From Anaerolineae bacterium (GTDB taxonomy: Bacteria; Chloroflexota; Anaerolineae; JAADDB01): 62,485 nt of DNA. The position numbers were made by a program, and so were the translations under genes. Positions 14,352 through 23,652 of the stretch are shown in pieces; position 1 is the stretch's first letter, and each line of letters opens with the position of its first letter. Under the pieces are notes generated by a model that had not been told where the DNA came from, did no database searches, and was given only the letters and a program-made list of their open reading frames with translations. The stretch spans positions 1 through 62,485 of the forward strand of contig WFQU01000032.1 in assembly GCA_015486845.1 (NCBI GenBank), read 5' to 3'.

Positions 14352-17300
14352 TTATTCTCCACATCCGGCCAACCGGTAACGGGACACGCTGCCAGCGGCA
14401 TAATTGGTCTGCCAAAGTGTACTGTTAGCCGCATCTAACAGCAAATCGCCCCAGCGAGTGCCTTGCGGCGGCGTGGCAATCTGCGCCGTCAGCCGATTCG
14501 TCCTCGTATCAAACAGCAACAACCGATTGGCCAGACCGTCCAACACAAAAAGCCAGTGCCGGTCCGGCGAAAGCTGCAATGCCGACGGCCAAATATCTTG
14601 CGCCAAGCGTTGCTGTTGCCCGGTTTGCAGATTCAGCATCGTAACTGTTTGCTGGCGCACATTACCGATAAAAAGACGGTGCCCCGGCTCGTCTACGGCC
14701 AACGAGAATGTTCCACCCGGCGTAAAAGCCACCGGCGCCACGGCATTATCTTTCGTTCGATACGTTTCTACCTGGCCTGCCAACAAGGGCAAGTAAAGTG
14801 TTTGCGTGCCATTGATCAACCAGGTTGGTTTGCCGGCCAGCGCCCAATGTCCGGTTTGGCTGCCATCATGCGGGTCTAAGCGCTCTAACTGACCCCGCGC
14901 GTAATTGTTTGACCACAAAGCGCCATTTTGCCAGGAAATGCCCCACGGCATGCCGGACAGCGGCCAAGTCGCCATTTTAGCACCGTTGTTATCATACACA
15001 GAAATTTGCCCGCTCAAGCGCTGGCTCAGGTACACTTGGCCCTGGTGGGCTACGAGGTCTATTGCCGGAACCGCCAAAGGACGCTGCCATCGTTCTATCC
15101 CGCTTTGTCGATCCAAATTTACCAGCATTGGATGTGCTTCGCCTAAGGCGACATACAGGCTACGCGCACCTATCGCTAATTTTTGGGGCGTCGCACCTAC
15201 GGGGAATGTGCCTGCTGTACGTAACGTACATGGTCGCGTTGTAACCGGCCCTACGGAAAAAAGGATGGCCGGCACGTAAGCGGTGTGTCCAGCCACGATG
15301 GACAATCCGTAATGCCAGCCCGGCTGCTCACCGAGACCGCTCACTTTGACGTAATAAAGCCCCCCTTCTGGGGCACGCCAACGAATTAGCGAAGCGGCAT
15401 CCCCTGGCGCAGCGTTGTTATTCTTGACCAAGAGACGAAGAGATTGGTCGTACAACTGCAATATCGTGTCGCCGCCGGTTTCCAGATTTTTCACGCTGAT
15501 ACGGTAAAACATTCCGGCGTGGCCGATGAAGCTGAACCAGTCTACGTCATTAACGGCGTGAATGGTGTGCCGGGCCGAGAGTGCGCCAGGTTGTAGAAAA
15601 GTTGCTCGTTTAGGTGTGTTGTCCGGCTCGTAAATATCGGGCCAGAGGAAATCCATAGATACGAGCCGACTGATATTGTTGGCCGGCTGCGGATCATTGG
15701 ATGCGTGCAAAAAAGCTTGGGCGGAGGCGTTATAAGGTAACGAAAGCCCGCTATCACGACTTTGCACTGTGAATGTCATGAAGCCGGTCGCCCCGGCGCG
15801 CAAGCTGGTCAAATGCCAACTGGACGCTTCCTGGTGCCAGAGTTGCGGGGCGGAAGCCACACTGAGGATAGTCAACGGTGTCGGTAAAGCCAAGGTCATG
15901 CGCAGATCATGTGCTAGGCCCGGGCCGTTGTTGCGATACCTCAGGACAAAGGTGCGGGGTTGGCGCGGCAGGATGGGCGTCGACGACCAATTTTGCCATT
16001 GGACAGCGAGATCGGCTATTTCCTGCACGGTCGTGATGGTTAAAGAATCTTGATTGTTGCTCAGGTTGATGTCCTTGCCGTTGCTGCTAACGGTGGCTTG
16101 GGCGTGGATTTCGCCCCCATTTGTGTTTCCCCATACGATCAACTGGCGCCGGCTCCCCGCCGGCAAATTGCCTAAATGCCAAACATCGGGCGCTGATTGG
16201 GTGTACGTCACCGGCGTGCTGCTTTGCCATTGGACGTCTTGCCAGCCGCCCGTCAGCGTCAGCGTCAGTGTTGCGCCGGCGGCTACCGCCGGACCGGTAT
16301 TGCCGTAGGTCAATGTGTAAGTCACAACGGCGCCATTGCCGGTCGTTTGGCTATCGCCTTGCATAGTCACGGATAGATCATTGGTCTGGGCGTGAATTTG
16401 TAAAGCCGGATCGCCAAACAGGATGTAAGTATCGATCAAATCGTAAAATGGCGCGGCGCTGGGCGTTCGATAAAGGCGCAGTTTCCCCGCCAAGGTATCT
16501 ACACCGATACCCTGCTTTCCATCTCGGAAGAGCGCATCGAAAAAGCCGCGGTCCAAATAGTCGTGTCCGTGCGCAATGCCCAACCCCGAGGCTGCCCAAT
16601 CCGCTACCGCACCGCCGTTAGCCCGGCGAACCAATACTTCGGCCAGGGAATCGAAACCGGGCGCGTGAAAATAGCCGGTGTAGCAAGTCATTTCCATGAA
16701 GACTGGCAGCCGGCCGCCGTTGGACATGTGGGGCACATCATCCGTACTGAAAAGGATTTCCGCTGCCCACCAAGGAATGGCCCCGTGGCCAACAAAATTG
16801 ACAATGAGGTCGCCCCGGTCGATGCCGTCACGCACGGCTTGGCGCGCCGCTAAGACATCTGTTTGTTCCCGTCCCAGGTACATTTTCTGTACTTGATAAC
16901 TATCCGGCACCAGTGCGGCAGCCGCATCGGAAAGCTGGTAGAAATCGCCGGCGCCGTCCGGATTATCAGAAACGAAGAAAAGGCGGTTCTGCCAATCCCC
17001 TGGCGGTGGAGCCGTCTGATAAGCGATGATCTTGCTGACCATGGCATCAGCGTCCTGCGGCGTATCCGCTGGCAAACGGCCAATGAGCATGTCCGGCAAC
17101 GGGTCATTCCCATCTACTGTCACATAACGGTTGTCCGTGGCCGTTTCGCCGATGAACGGGTCCACTAAACGCAACATGGGAGGAATAAAGTTCTTGCTGC
17201 CGCTATGCAGAACATCCCGGAAATCATAGGTGCCATCACCCAACAAAGTTACGTAAAGCGGTGGTGAGCCGGGCCAATGATGGTAGGCATCGGCTAAGAA

Positions 17301-19289
17301 ATTGTGAATCGCGTCGGGGCTCAAATTGCCGCCGTTGTATTCATCGTAAATATCTTGTACTGAGACCACCACCACGGCCAAGCCGTTAGCACGCCAGAAG
17401 GATGCTAACCGGCGCGCCGCGTTCAGGAAATCGGGGTGCGTAATGAGGATGTAATCGGCGTGTTGGTTGTATTGCCGCCACTGGGACGCCGAATCTGCTT
17501 CCAGGCGCAATGGGGCCCGCAACGCCGCCTCGCTCCAAGCTAAATAGTGTGTGTTTGCCGCGGCTTGCAGGCTGACGGTGAGTCGATAGTGGTCGCCGGC
17601 AAGCGTGACGTTGCCATTCGCGACGTCGCGAATGTTGGCCGGATCTTCGATGCGCCAGAGGTGAATGGAGCTAGTGGAAAAACCGCTGAGTTGGAGCAGA
17701 TGGCGAGCCTGATCCGGCCAAGTGAGCGGTAAGATGTTCTCGGCCGCAACGAATTGGCGGTGATAGCATAGCGTCAGCCAGTTGATGTAAGCGCTATCCT
17801 CGCCAGCCACGATGTTGCCCGGCGCGTGCAGGCGGATGCTATTCTCGCCCGTGTGCAGCAATTGGGCGGGGAACGTGGTCGTAAACGTGTACGGCGTGCG
17901 TCCGTCCCAGTAAGCGTCGCCCACCGGTGTGCCATTGATCTGGAAAGTGGCATGATGGTCCGGCGCGATGACCGCATAGCTGGAAGCGCCCTGCATCGCG
18001 ACGGTTAAAGTCGCGTCGCCGGCCAGAACCGGAGCGGGCAGCGTGCCGGTAAACCAGCGCGTTGGGTGGTTGATCATGCGCCCCTGGCTATAATACGTCC
18101 AAAACCAGTGGTCGGCGCCTTCCTGCCACGGCATGTTGCTGCGATAAATGTGATCTTCTTCTAAGTGCAGGCAAGCGGCTGTGTCGGCAAGAGGCTGACC
18201 GCCTTGGACTGGGTTACCATTTTCGGAGGCAATGCGTTTCCCCGGCCGGTCATCCGCTGTCAACCAGTAGGTGTTTTCGTCGCCGTAACGGCTACGTCGC
18301 TTCTGTCCGTAAAACCAAAGTGTATCGCCGGGATCAAAATGGCCGTCGCCGCCATCGTTAATCTGTATGGCCAGTTCCTGGCCGGCATGCCACAAATGCC
18401 AGTGCGCCGGATCGCTGCCGCTGACAGGAAAGCCGGCGGCAACTAACGTTTGATAGGTTAGTTGGTAAATACCATCTGCGGCGACGATGATCTTGAAGCT
18501 TCCGGGCAGGTTGGCCGGCGTCAAGGAGGCTGCATTCGTAGCACGCGCAGAGGTAGCCGCAAAGAACGGTGTGACACCGTCGGGGTTGAGAACCTGTTGG
18601 CGCAGGAGCTGCGCTATTGGGTCGTTGCCATTGCTACCATCCATGGCATTGATCCGGGTAGCCGGCGCTCGAATGTTTACTACGATGTGTGGCGCGTAGC
18701 GCACTTTATCCGGCCCGACCAGTTGGTAGGGATAGATGATCAGCCGGGCTAACCGCTGGCCGCGCAGCGTGCCGATCTCCTGCCACGAGACGATTTGTTT
18801 TGGATACGGATAGCTAATCGGGGCCGGATCTGCCCAGCTTGTTTTGACGCTTGGGTATTGATGGTTGACTGGACTGGCTAAAGGGTCTAATAAACCATCG
18901 CGCTGCTCCGGAGCGACGGACGCGGCGGGCAGCCAATGGCCTGCTAATGTTTTCGTTATGGTCGCTTCACCTTGCCAACTAACATCCAATTGACCTGATG
19001 GCGGCAAGGCCAGCAAAAAAGTGTAAACAGGCAGGGCCGGGTAAGTGGGCTTGTTCAATAGATCGCTGCCGGCGGGCGGGAGCAGCCGGACGTAAGAAAT
19101 GCCCGCGTGATCAATGCCTTCTGTATCCGGCCAAGGCGCATTTAATGTCACGCTACTGTTGCCGGCCACGTTTTGGATCTGCCAAGGCGTTTCCTGCGCC
19201 AAAGCATTAGGGATGCGTAATCCCAGGATAATAATCACTAATAAAAAGAAGCTCATGTCGATGATGTGGGGATATTGTTTGTTGGGCAC
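14352..19289 (-). CDS. secreted multidomain peptidase C25 (gingipain-like) family protein with DUF11-like repeats, a pre-peptidase C-terminal (PPC) domain and a C-terminal beta-propeller
   Basis: Signal peptide MSFFLLVIIILGL. C25-like block ADYILITHPDF...LLGDGTYDF. Candidate catalytic His in NFVGHGA and Cys in EMTCYTGYF. PPC-like DVDWFSF...YYVKV. YVTN-like repeats at the C-terminus. Confidence 0.8.
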   Translation of the reverse strand: MPNKQYPHIIDMSFFLLVIIILGLRIPNALAQETPWQIQNVAGNSSVTLNAPWPDTEGIDHAGISYVRLLPPAGSDLLNKPTYPALPVYTFLLALPPSGQLDVSWQGEATITKTLAGHWLPAASVAPEQRDGLLDPLASPVNHQYPSVKTSWADPAPISYPYPKQIVSWQEIGTLRGQRLARLIIYPYQLVGPDKVRYAPHIVVNIRAPATRINAMDGSNGNDPIAQLLRQQVLNPDGVTPFFAATSARATNAASLTPANLPGSFKIIVAADGIYQLTYQTLVAAGFPVSGSDPAHWHLWHAGQELAIQINDGGDGHFDPGDTLWFYGQKRRSRYGDENTYWLTADDRPGKRIASENGNPVQGGQPLADTAACLHLEEDHIYRSNMPWQEGADHWFWTYYSQGRMINHPTRWFTGTLPAPVLAGDATLTVAMQGASSYAVIAPDHHATFQINGTPVGDAYWDGRTPYTFTTTFPAQLLHTGENSIRLHAPGNIVAGEDSAYINWLTLCYHRQFVAAENILPLTWPDQARHLLQLSGFSTSSIHLWRIEDPANIRDVANGNVTLAGDHYRLTVSLQAAANTHYLAWSEAALRAPLRLEADSASQWRQYNQHADYILITHPDFLNAARRLASFWRANGLAVVVVSVQDIYDEYNGGNLSPDAIHNFLADAYHHWPGSPPLYVTLLGDGTYDFRDVLHSGSKNFIPPMLRLVDPFIGETATDNRYVTVDGNDPLPDMLIGRLPADTPQDADAMVSKIIAYQTAPPPGDWQNRLFFVSDNPDGAGDFYQLSDAAAALVPDSYQVQKMYLGREQTDVLAARQAVRDGIDRGDLIVNFVGHGAIPWWAAEILFSTDDVPHMSNGGRLPVFMEMTCYTGYFHAPGFDSLAEVLVRRANGGAVADWAASGLGIAHGHDYLDRGFFDALFRDGKQGIGVDTLAGKLRLYRTPSAAPFYDLIDTYILFGDPALQIHAQTNDLSVTMQGDSQTTGNGAVVTYTLTYGNTGPAVAAGATLTLTLTGGWQDVQWQSSTPVTYTQSAPDVWHLGNLPAGSRRQLIVWGNTNGGEIHAQATVSSNGKDINLSNNQDSLTITTVQEIADLAVQWQNWSSTPILPRQPRTFVLRYRNNGPGLAHDLRMTLALPTPLTILSVASAPQLWHQEASSWHLTSLRAGATGFMTFTVQSRDSGLSLPYNASAQAFLHASNDPQPANNISRLVSMDFLWPDIYEPDNTPKRATFLQPGALSARHTIHAVNDVDWFSFIGHAGMFYRISVKNLETGGDTILQLYDQSLRLLVKNNNAAPGDAASLIRWRAPEGGLYYVKVSGLGEQPGWHYGLSIVAGHTAYVPAILFSVGPVTTRPCTLRTAGTFPVGATPQKLAIGARSLYVALGEAHPMLVNLDRQSGIERWQRPLAVPAIDLVAHQGQVYLSQRLSGQISVYDNNGAKMATWPLSGMPWGISWQNGALWSNNYARGQLERLDPHDGSQTGHWALAGKPTWLINGTQTLYLPLLAGQVETYRTKDNAVAPVAFTPGGTFSLAVDEPGHRLFIGNVRQQTVTMLNLQTGQQQRLAQDIWPSALQLSPDRHWLFVLDGLANRLLLFDTRTNRLTAQIATPPQGTRWGDLLLDAANSTLWQTNYAAGSVSRYRLAGCGE

Positions 19290-19642
19290 TTGTTTTTACC
19301 TATCTTGTTTCTGTCGATAATAATTTATTAGGTAATGGACCGCTCCATAATAATGAAGCGGCGAGTGATTACTTTATCTGGCAAGGTTCATTGGTGCCAC
19401 ACAGTACAAAATACAGTACAAAGTAACCACTAACCAAGACGGGGAATATGCCGTTCACGTTACTCTGTGCATTGTTTTGCTTGGCCGATATGTTGCTAAC
19501 CTGTGTTGTTTTCCCCAGTTGGGTTTTCTTTCTTGGGGGAGAAAAATGGAGAAAGGAAAGAGGATGGGGGAAATAGACCTTCTTACCATTCTGATTATTC
19601 ATTTTCCACCTTCCATCCTCCCCTTGCCGGCGCGATCGGCTT

Positions 19643-20098
19643 GCCTAAGCAGCAACCAGTGACCTATTTAATTCGTTTTACCACCTTAGCCGGGGGAACG
19701 CTTTTCGGAAGAGTTGGCGGGGAACCGTACGGTTCCCCTGCCGGGAGCTTGAGGGCAGCGCCCTCGAAAAAGAAAAAGGAGGCGACATTATCTTTTGACC
19801 AGACATCGTCCATAGGCAAAGTCATGCTACGGGGATTAGCATGCAACCTGCGCAGGCAGGTTTTGCAGTTGTGGCAGCGATTTCTAATCGCCGGGCGAAG
19901 CAGACTGCGTTGATCAGCGTTCTATTTTTCGGAGAAGAGGGTAAACGAAGACAACGCCTTCGGCTACCCTCCAGGGAAGTTTATTTTCAGCGATCTCTCC
20001 TCTGAGCTGCGCTGCACTTAGCTTTTTCCCCTCCCCGATACGGGGAGGGAAAGGCTTGCCGTCCAAAGAGGCGGTAAGCCAGGGGAGAGGTCTTATTC
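19643..20098. repeat. mosaic repeat block R5: F8, F9, then F11 inverted
   Basis: 19643..19990 is collinear with 5696..6053. 20011..20098 is an inverted copy of 26730..26818. Confidence 0.9.
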
Positions 20099-20157
20099 TC
20101 AGCGGAGAACTATTATTAATCAGATGGCGTGCCCATCTGTATGGCAGGCATAACAGC

Positions 20158-20700
20158 CTATTTTTTGATTCTACCGCTCAGAATGTCCTTGAGGTCGTGC
20201 AACCATGCTTTAGTGCGACTTTTGATGCGACGCCAACGCACGATGAACAATCCGATCACGTAAAGTGTGACGAAGCCGGCCACGACCGGTGCATTGTAGA
20301 GAAGAAAAGCGGCGCCAGCCAAGTCGATAGGCCGCATGAAAATAACAGCGATGGCTTTGCGCTGCGTTACAGCAACAATGAGAATGACGATGAGGGTGTA
20401 AATTAAAGTCAATCGGGCAGGTAGGAACCCACTCATAGTGATGTAGGCCAGAATTGACCAATTAAACGTAACATCGACTATAAAATCATAGCGGTTTAAC
20501 TTTGTTTTCAACGGCGCGGCGCCACGAGCAAATGGGCCATCCATGGCATCGGTGAACCAGCCCAGCACCACAATAACCACAGTTTCGGTCAAAGCGTGTG
20601 CGCCGAATTTCCAGCCCATAAAAATGACGACGAAAGAAAGCATGAAGCGCACCGCAGTTAAAATGTCGGCGATGAGAGCAAAGTGTTGTTTCCTTCTCAT
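20158..20700 (-). CDS. CDP-alcohol phosphatidyltransferase family protein
   Basis: Signature DAMDGPFARG...D...D. Multi-TM. ATG 20700 is preceded by GGAGG; the ORF track extends to 20775. Confidence 0.75.
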   Translation of the reverse strand: MRRKQHFALIADILTAVRFMLSFVVIFMGWKFGAHALTETVVIVVLGWFTDAMDGPFARGAAPLKTKLNRYDFIVDVTFNWSILAYITMSGFLPARLTLIYTLIVILIVAVTQRKAIAVIFMRPIDLAGAAFLLYNAPVVAGFVTLYVIGLFIVRWRRIKSRTKAWLHDLKDILSGRIKK

Positions 20701-20893
20701 AACTGAATGCCTCCGTGCTTGCTGGCTTGAAAACTGCCTGGGCAGTTTCCGACTATAGTATAACAAAGGAGGCAAGCTTCACATAATCCCGCTCACTGCC
20801 GCCAGTTGTGACTACTCGATTTCAGCAGGCGTCTTACTGTTTGGGTAATGCTTTAGCCGGTCGCGACGCACAAATTAGCCGCGGCGTAGCGCT

Positions 20894-20922
20894 TTGCTTG
20901 TTTGTATGCCTTTAGTTATAAT
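20894..20922 (+). promoter_or_regulatory. candidate promoter TTGCTT-17-TATAAT upstream of the ATPase gene
   Basis: TTGCTT 20894-20899 and TATAAT 20917-20922. Confidence 0.45.
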
Positions 20923-20990
20923 GCTCCCTGAGCATGCAGACATCCTGGCAGGCGGGTTATGACGACCCATTGCCGCAATTCCCTGTTTGG

Positions 20991-21020
20991 AGGTTCAACG
21001 CCTCGCAGAAATTGAACTTC
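20991..21020. repeat. degenerate F1-like palindrome in the 5' UTR of the ATPase gene
   Basis: aggttcaacgcc-tcgca-gaaattgaacttc. Confidence 0.55.
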
Positions 21021-21095
21021 TAAAGGAAGATTGTTTCTGGACGCTTACTGAGATCAAATGTCCTGCTTATGTCATAGGTAACAAGGAGTTATTAC

Positions 21096-23621
21096 ATGGA
21101 TATCGAGAAATTAGGCGCGTTTTATATTGGTGAAGCAATCAACCAGAAAACAGGCGCGCTGAGCAACAGTCCGCTTTTGTACGATGCGCGCGACTTGACA
21201 ACGCACGGTGTGGTCGTCGGCATGACCGGCAGCGGCAAAACTGGCCTCTGCATTGACATGATCGAGGAGGCTGCTCTGGATAGTGTGCCGGCCATCATCG
21301 TCGATCCCAAAGGGGATATCACTAATCTCTTACTCACTTTCCCTGAACTCCGGCCGGAGGATTTCAAGCCCTGGGTGAACGTGGACGATGCCCGCCGTAA
21401 GGGCCTAAACCTTGACGAATACGCCCAAAAAGTAGCCAAACTGTGGCGAGATGGTTTGGCAAAATGGGGCGAAGGGCCGGAACGCATTCGGACGCTAAAA
21501 GAAAGTGCCGAATTCCTCATTTTCACGCCGGGGAGTGATGCTGGCTTGCCGGTCAGCGTACTTTCCAGCCTTAAAGCACCGAAATTGGATTGGAAGAGTA
21601 ACCAGGAAACGTTGCAAGAACAAATTGCCGGCACAGTGTCAGCGCTGTTAGGCTTAGCCGGCATCGACGCTGATCCGGTGCGCAGTCGAGAACATATCCT
21701 ATTGTCGCTTATTTTTGAAGATGGCTGGAAAAAGGGGCAAGATTTAGATCTTGCTACAATCATTAAATCTGTCCAAAATCCTCCGGTGAGGCAAGTGGGT
21801 GTTTTCGATGTCGATACATTTTACCCGCCTAAGGATCGCTTCAATTTAGCAATGAGTTTGAATGGTATTGTCGCCTCGCCCGCTTTTCGTAGTTGGCTCA
21901 CCGGCCAACCTTTGGACATTCCTGATTTGCTGCACAACGCCGACGGGAAACCGCGCATTTCTATTTTCTATATCGCCCATTTGAATGACGCGGAGAGGAT
22001 GTTCTTTGTGACATTGTTGTTGGAGCAGCTTCTCACCTGGGTACGGACACTTTCTGGCACGACCAGCCTGCGGGCTATGCTCTATTTCGACGAAGTGTTT
22101 GGCTTTTTCCCGCCCACGGCCAATCCGCCCAGCAAGAAGCCGTTGTTGACACTTATGAAGCAAGCGCGCGCTTTTGGTTTGGGCGTCCTTTTAGCGACCC
22201 AAAACCCGGTGGATGTAGATTACAAAGGATTGACGAATGCCGGCACCTGGTTCATTGGCCGTTTACAGGCGCAAAGGGACAAAGATCGGCTCTTGGATGG
22301 TTTAGAGCAGGCCGCCGTAGAAGGTGGCCAAACACTCGATCGCGCGGACATCGATAAAATTGTTTCGAGCTTACAAGGTCGGCAGTTTTTCATGCACAAT
22401 GTGCACGAAGAGAATCCTTTAGTGTTCAATACTCGCTGGGCCATGTCTTATCTGCGTGGCCCCTTGACACGGCAACAGATTAAAGTGTTGATGTCGCCGG
22501 TCAAAAAGCAGGCCGGTGCAACGTCTGTTAACGCCGCAGAGAAGACTGCTGTGGGGCTATCTGTGCCTACGCCCACGGAAGATGGACTATTATCTGCACC
22601 ACCCAGCATCGTCCGCTCTATCCCACAAGCCTATCTGCCCGTAGACGTGTCGGAACAAGAAGCTAGAACTAACTTGGCGAAGAAAATTGATGTAGCATTG
22701 ACTTACCAAAGCGCGGTCTTGCTCTACCAGCCTTACGTAGTTGCTAGCGCCATCGTCCATTACGTCAACACGCGCCGCGATGTGGATACCGAAGAAGAGA
22801 TCACATTGCTATTGCCACCACCGGAAAGCCGGCTGGCCACGATTTGGGAAGGCGCCACGCCGGTGCAATTGGATTTTGATACCCTTTTGACCGATCCGGA
22901 AATGGAAAGTGTGCGGTTCATGCCGGTGCCCGAGGCGATTAACGAGGCCAGGGAATTCACGGCGCTCCAGAAATCTTTCGCGGAATACCTTTATCGTCAT
23001 AAGCGCTACCAAATTTGGCATAATGAAGGGCTAAAAATGTACAGCCAGCAAGGAGAAAGCCGACAAGCTTTTTACGCGCGGGCAAAACAAGCTGCGCGAG
23101 AAGCTCGAGATGCTGCTGTCGACAAACTCTCCGAGCAGTACCAGTCTAAAATAGACCGAATTCAGGATCGTATGGAGCGAGAAAAACGAGATTTGGAAGC
23201 GAGTGAAGCTAAAGTCAAAGCTTTGAGCACAGAGCAATGGGCTTCCGTCGGCGAGACGGCGTTGGGTTTCCTCTTGGGTCGCCGTTCAACCCGCGTGGTC
23301 AGCGGCACGTTGCGCAAACGCCGTATGGTGCAAACGGCCAAGTCTTCAGCGGAAGAATCCAAAGCGGAGTTGGCTGATTTACAGACCCAACTGAAAGCAC
23401 TACAAGTGGAGATGAAAGAGAAGGCTCAGGCTATTACGGATCAGTGGGTATCGATACTCAAAGATGTTAAGCCATACCAAATTGCTCCCCGGCGCCGAGA
23501 TATTGTAGTCCAGAAATTCTCTTTAGCCTGGTATCCACATTGGCATCTGACTTTCGTGGACAGCAATAAGAAGATACTGCGTGAGAACTACCCGGCCTCA
23601 CTGGTCGGTAACGCTACATAA
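21096..23621 (+). CDS. HerA/YjgR-like (DUF853-type) P-loop NTPase with a long C-terminal coiled-coil extension
   Basis: Walker A GMTGSGKTG, VDPKGD, Walker B MLYFDEVF, LLATQNPVDVDY. Charged heptad-like region from about aa 640 to 760. Confidence 0.7.
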   Translation: MDIEKLGAFYIGEAINQKTGALSNSPLLYDARDLTTHGVVVGMTGSGKTGLCIDMIEEAALDSVPAIIVDPKGDITNLLLTFPELRPEDFKPWVNVDDARRKGLNLDEYAQKVAKLWRDGLAKWGEGPERIRTLKESAEFLIFTPGSDAGLPVSVLSSLKAPKLDWKSNQETLQEQIAGTVSALLGLAGIDADPVRSREHILLSLIFEDGWKKGQDLDLATIIKSVQNPPVRQVGVFDVDTFYPPKDRFNLAMSLNGIVASPAFRSWLTGQPLDIPDLLHNADGKPRISIFYIAHLNDAERMFFVTLLLEQLLTWVRTLSGTTSLRAMLYFDEVFGFFPPTANPPSKKPLLTLMKQARAFGLGVLLATQNPVDVDYKGLTNAGTWFIGRLQAQRDKDRLLDGLEQAAVEGGQTLDRADIDKIVSSLQGRQFFMHNVHEENPLVFNTRWAMSYLRGPLTRQQIKVLMSPVKKQAGATSVNAAEKTAVGLSVPTPTEDGLLSAPPSIVRSIPQAYLPVDVSEQEARTNLAKKIDVALTYQSAVLLYQPYVVASAIVHYVNTRRDVDTEEEITLLLPPPESRLATIWEGATPVQLDFDTLLTDPEMESVRFMPVPEAINEAREFTALQKSFAEYLYRHKRYQIWHNEGLKMYSQQGESRQAFYARAKQAAREARDAAVDKLSEQYQSKIDRIQDRMEREKRDLEASEAKVKALSTEQWASVGETALGFLLGRRSTRVVSGTLRKRRMVQTAKSSAEESKAELADLQTQLKALQVEMKEKAQAITDQWVSILKDVKPYQIAPRRRDIVVQKFSLAWYPHWHLTFVDSNKKILRENYPASLVGNAT

Positions 23622-23652
23622 CAATAATGTGGCAATTTGAAGCGAGATACAA

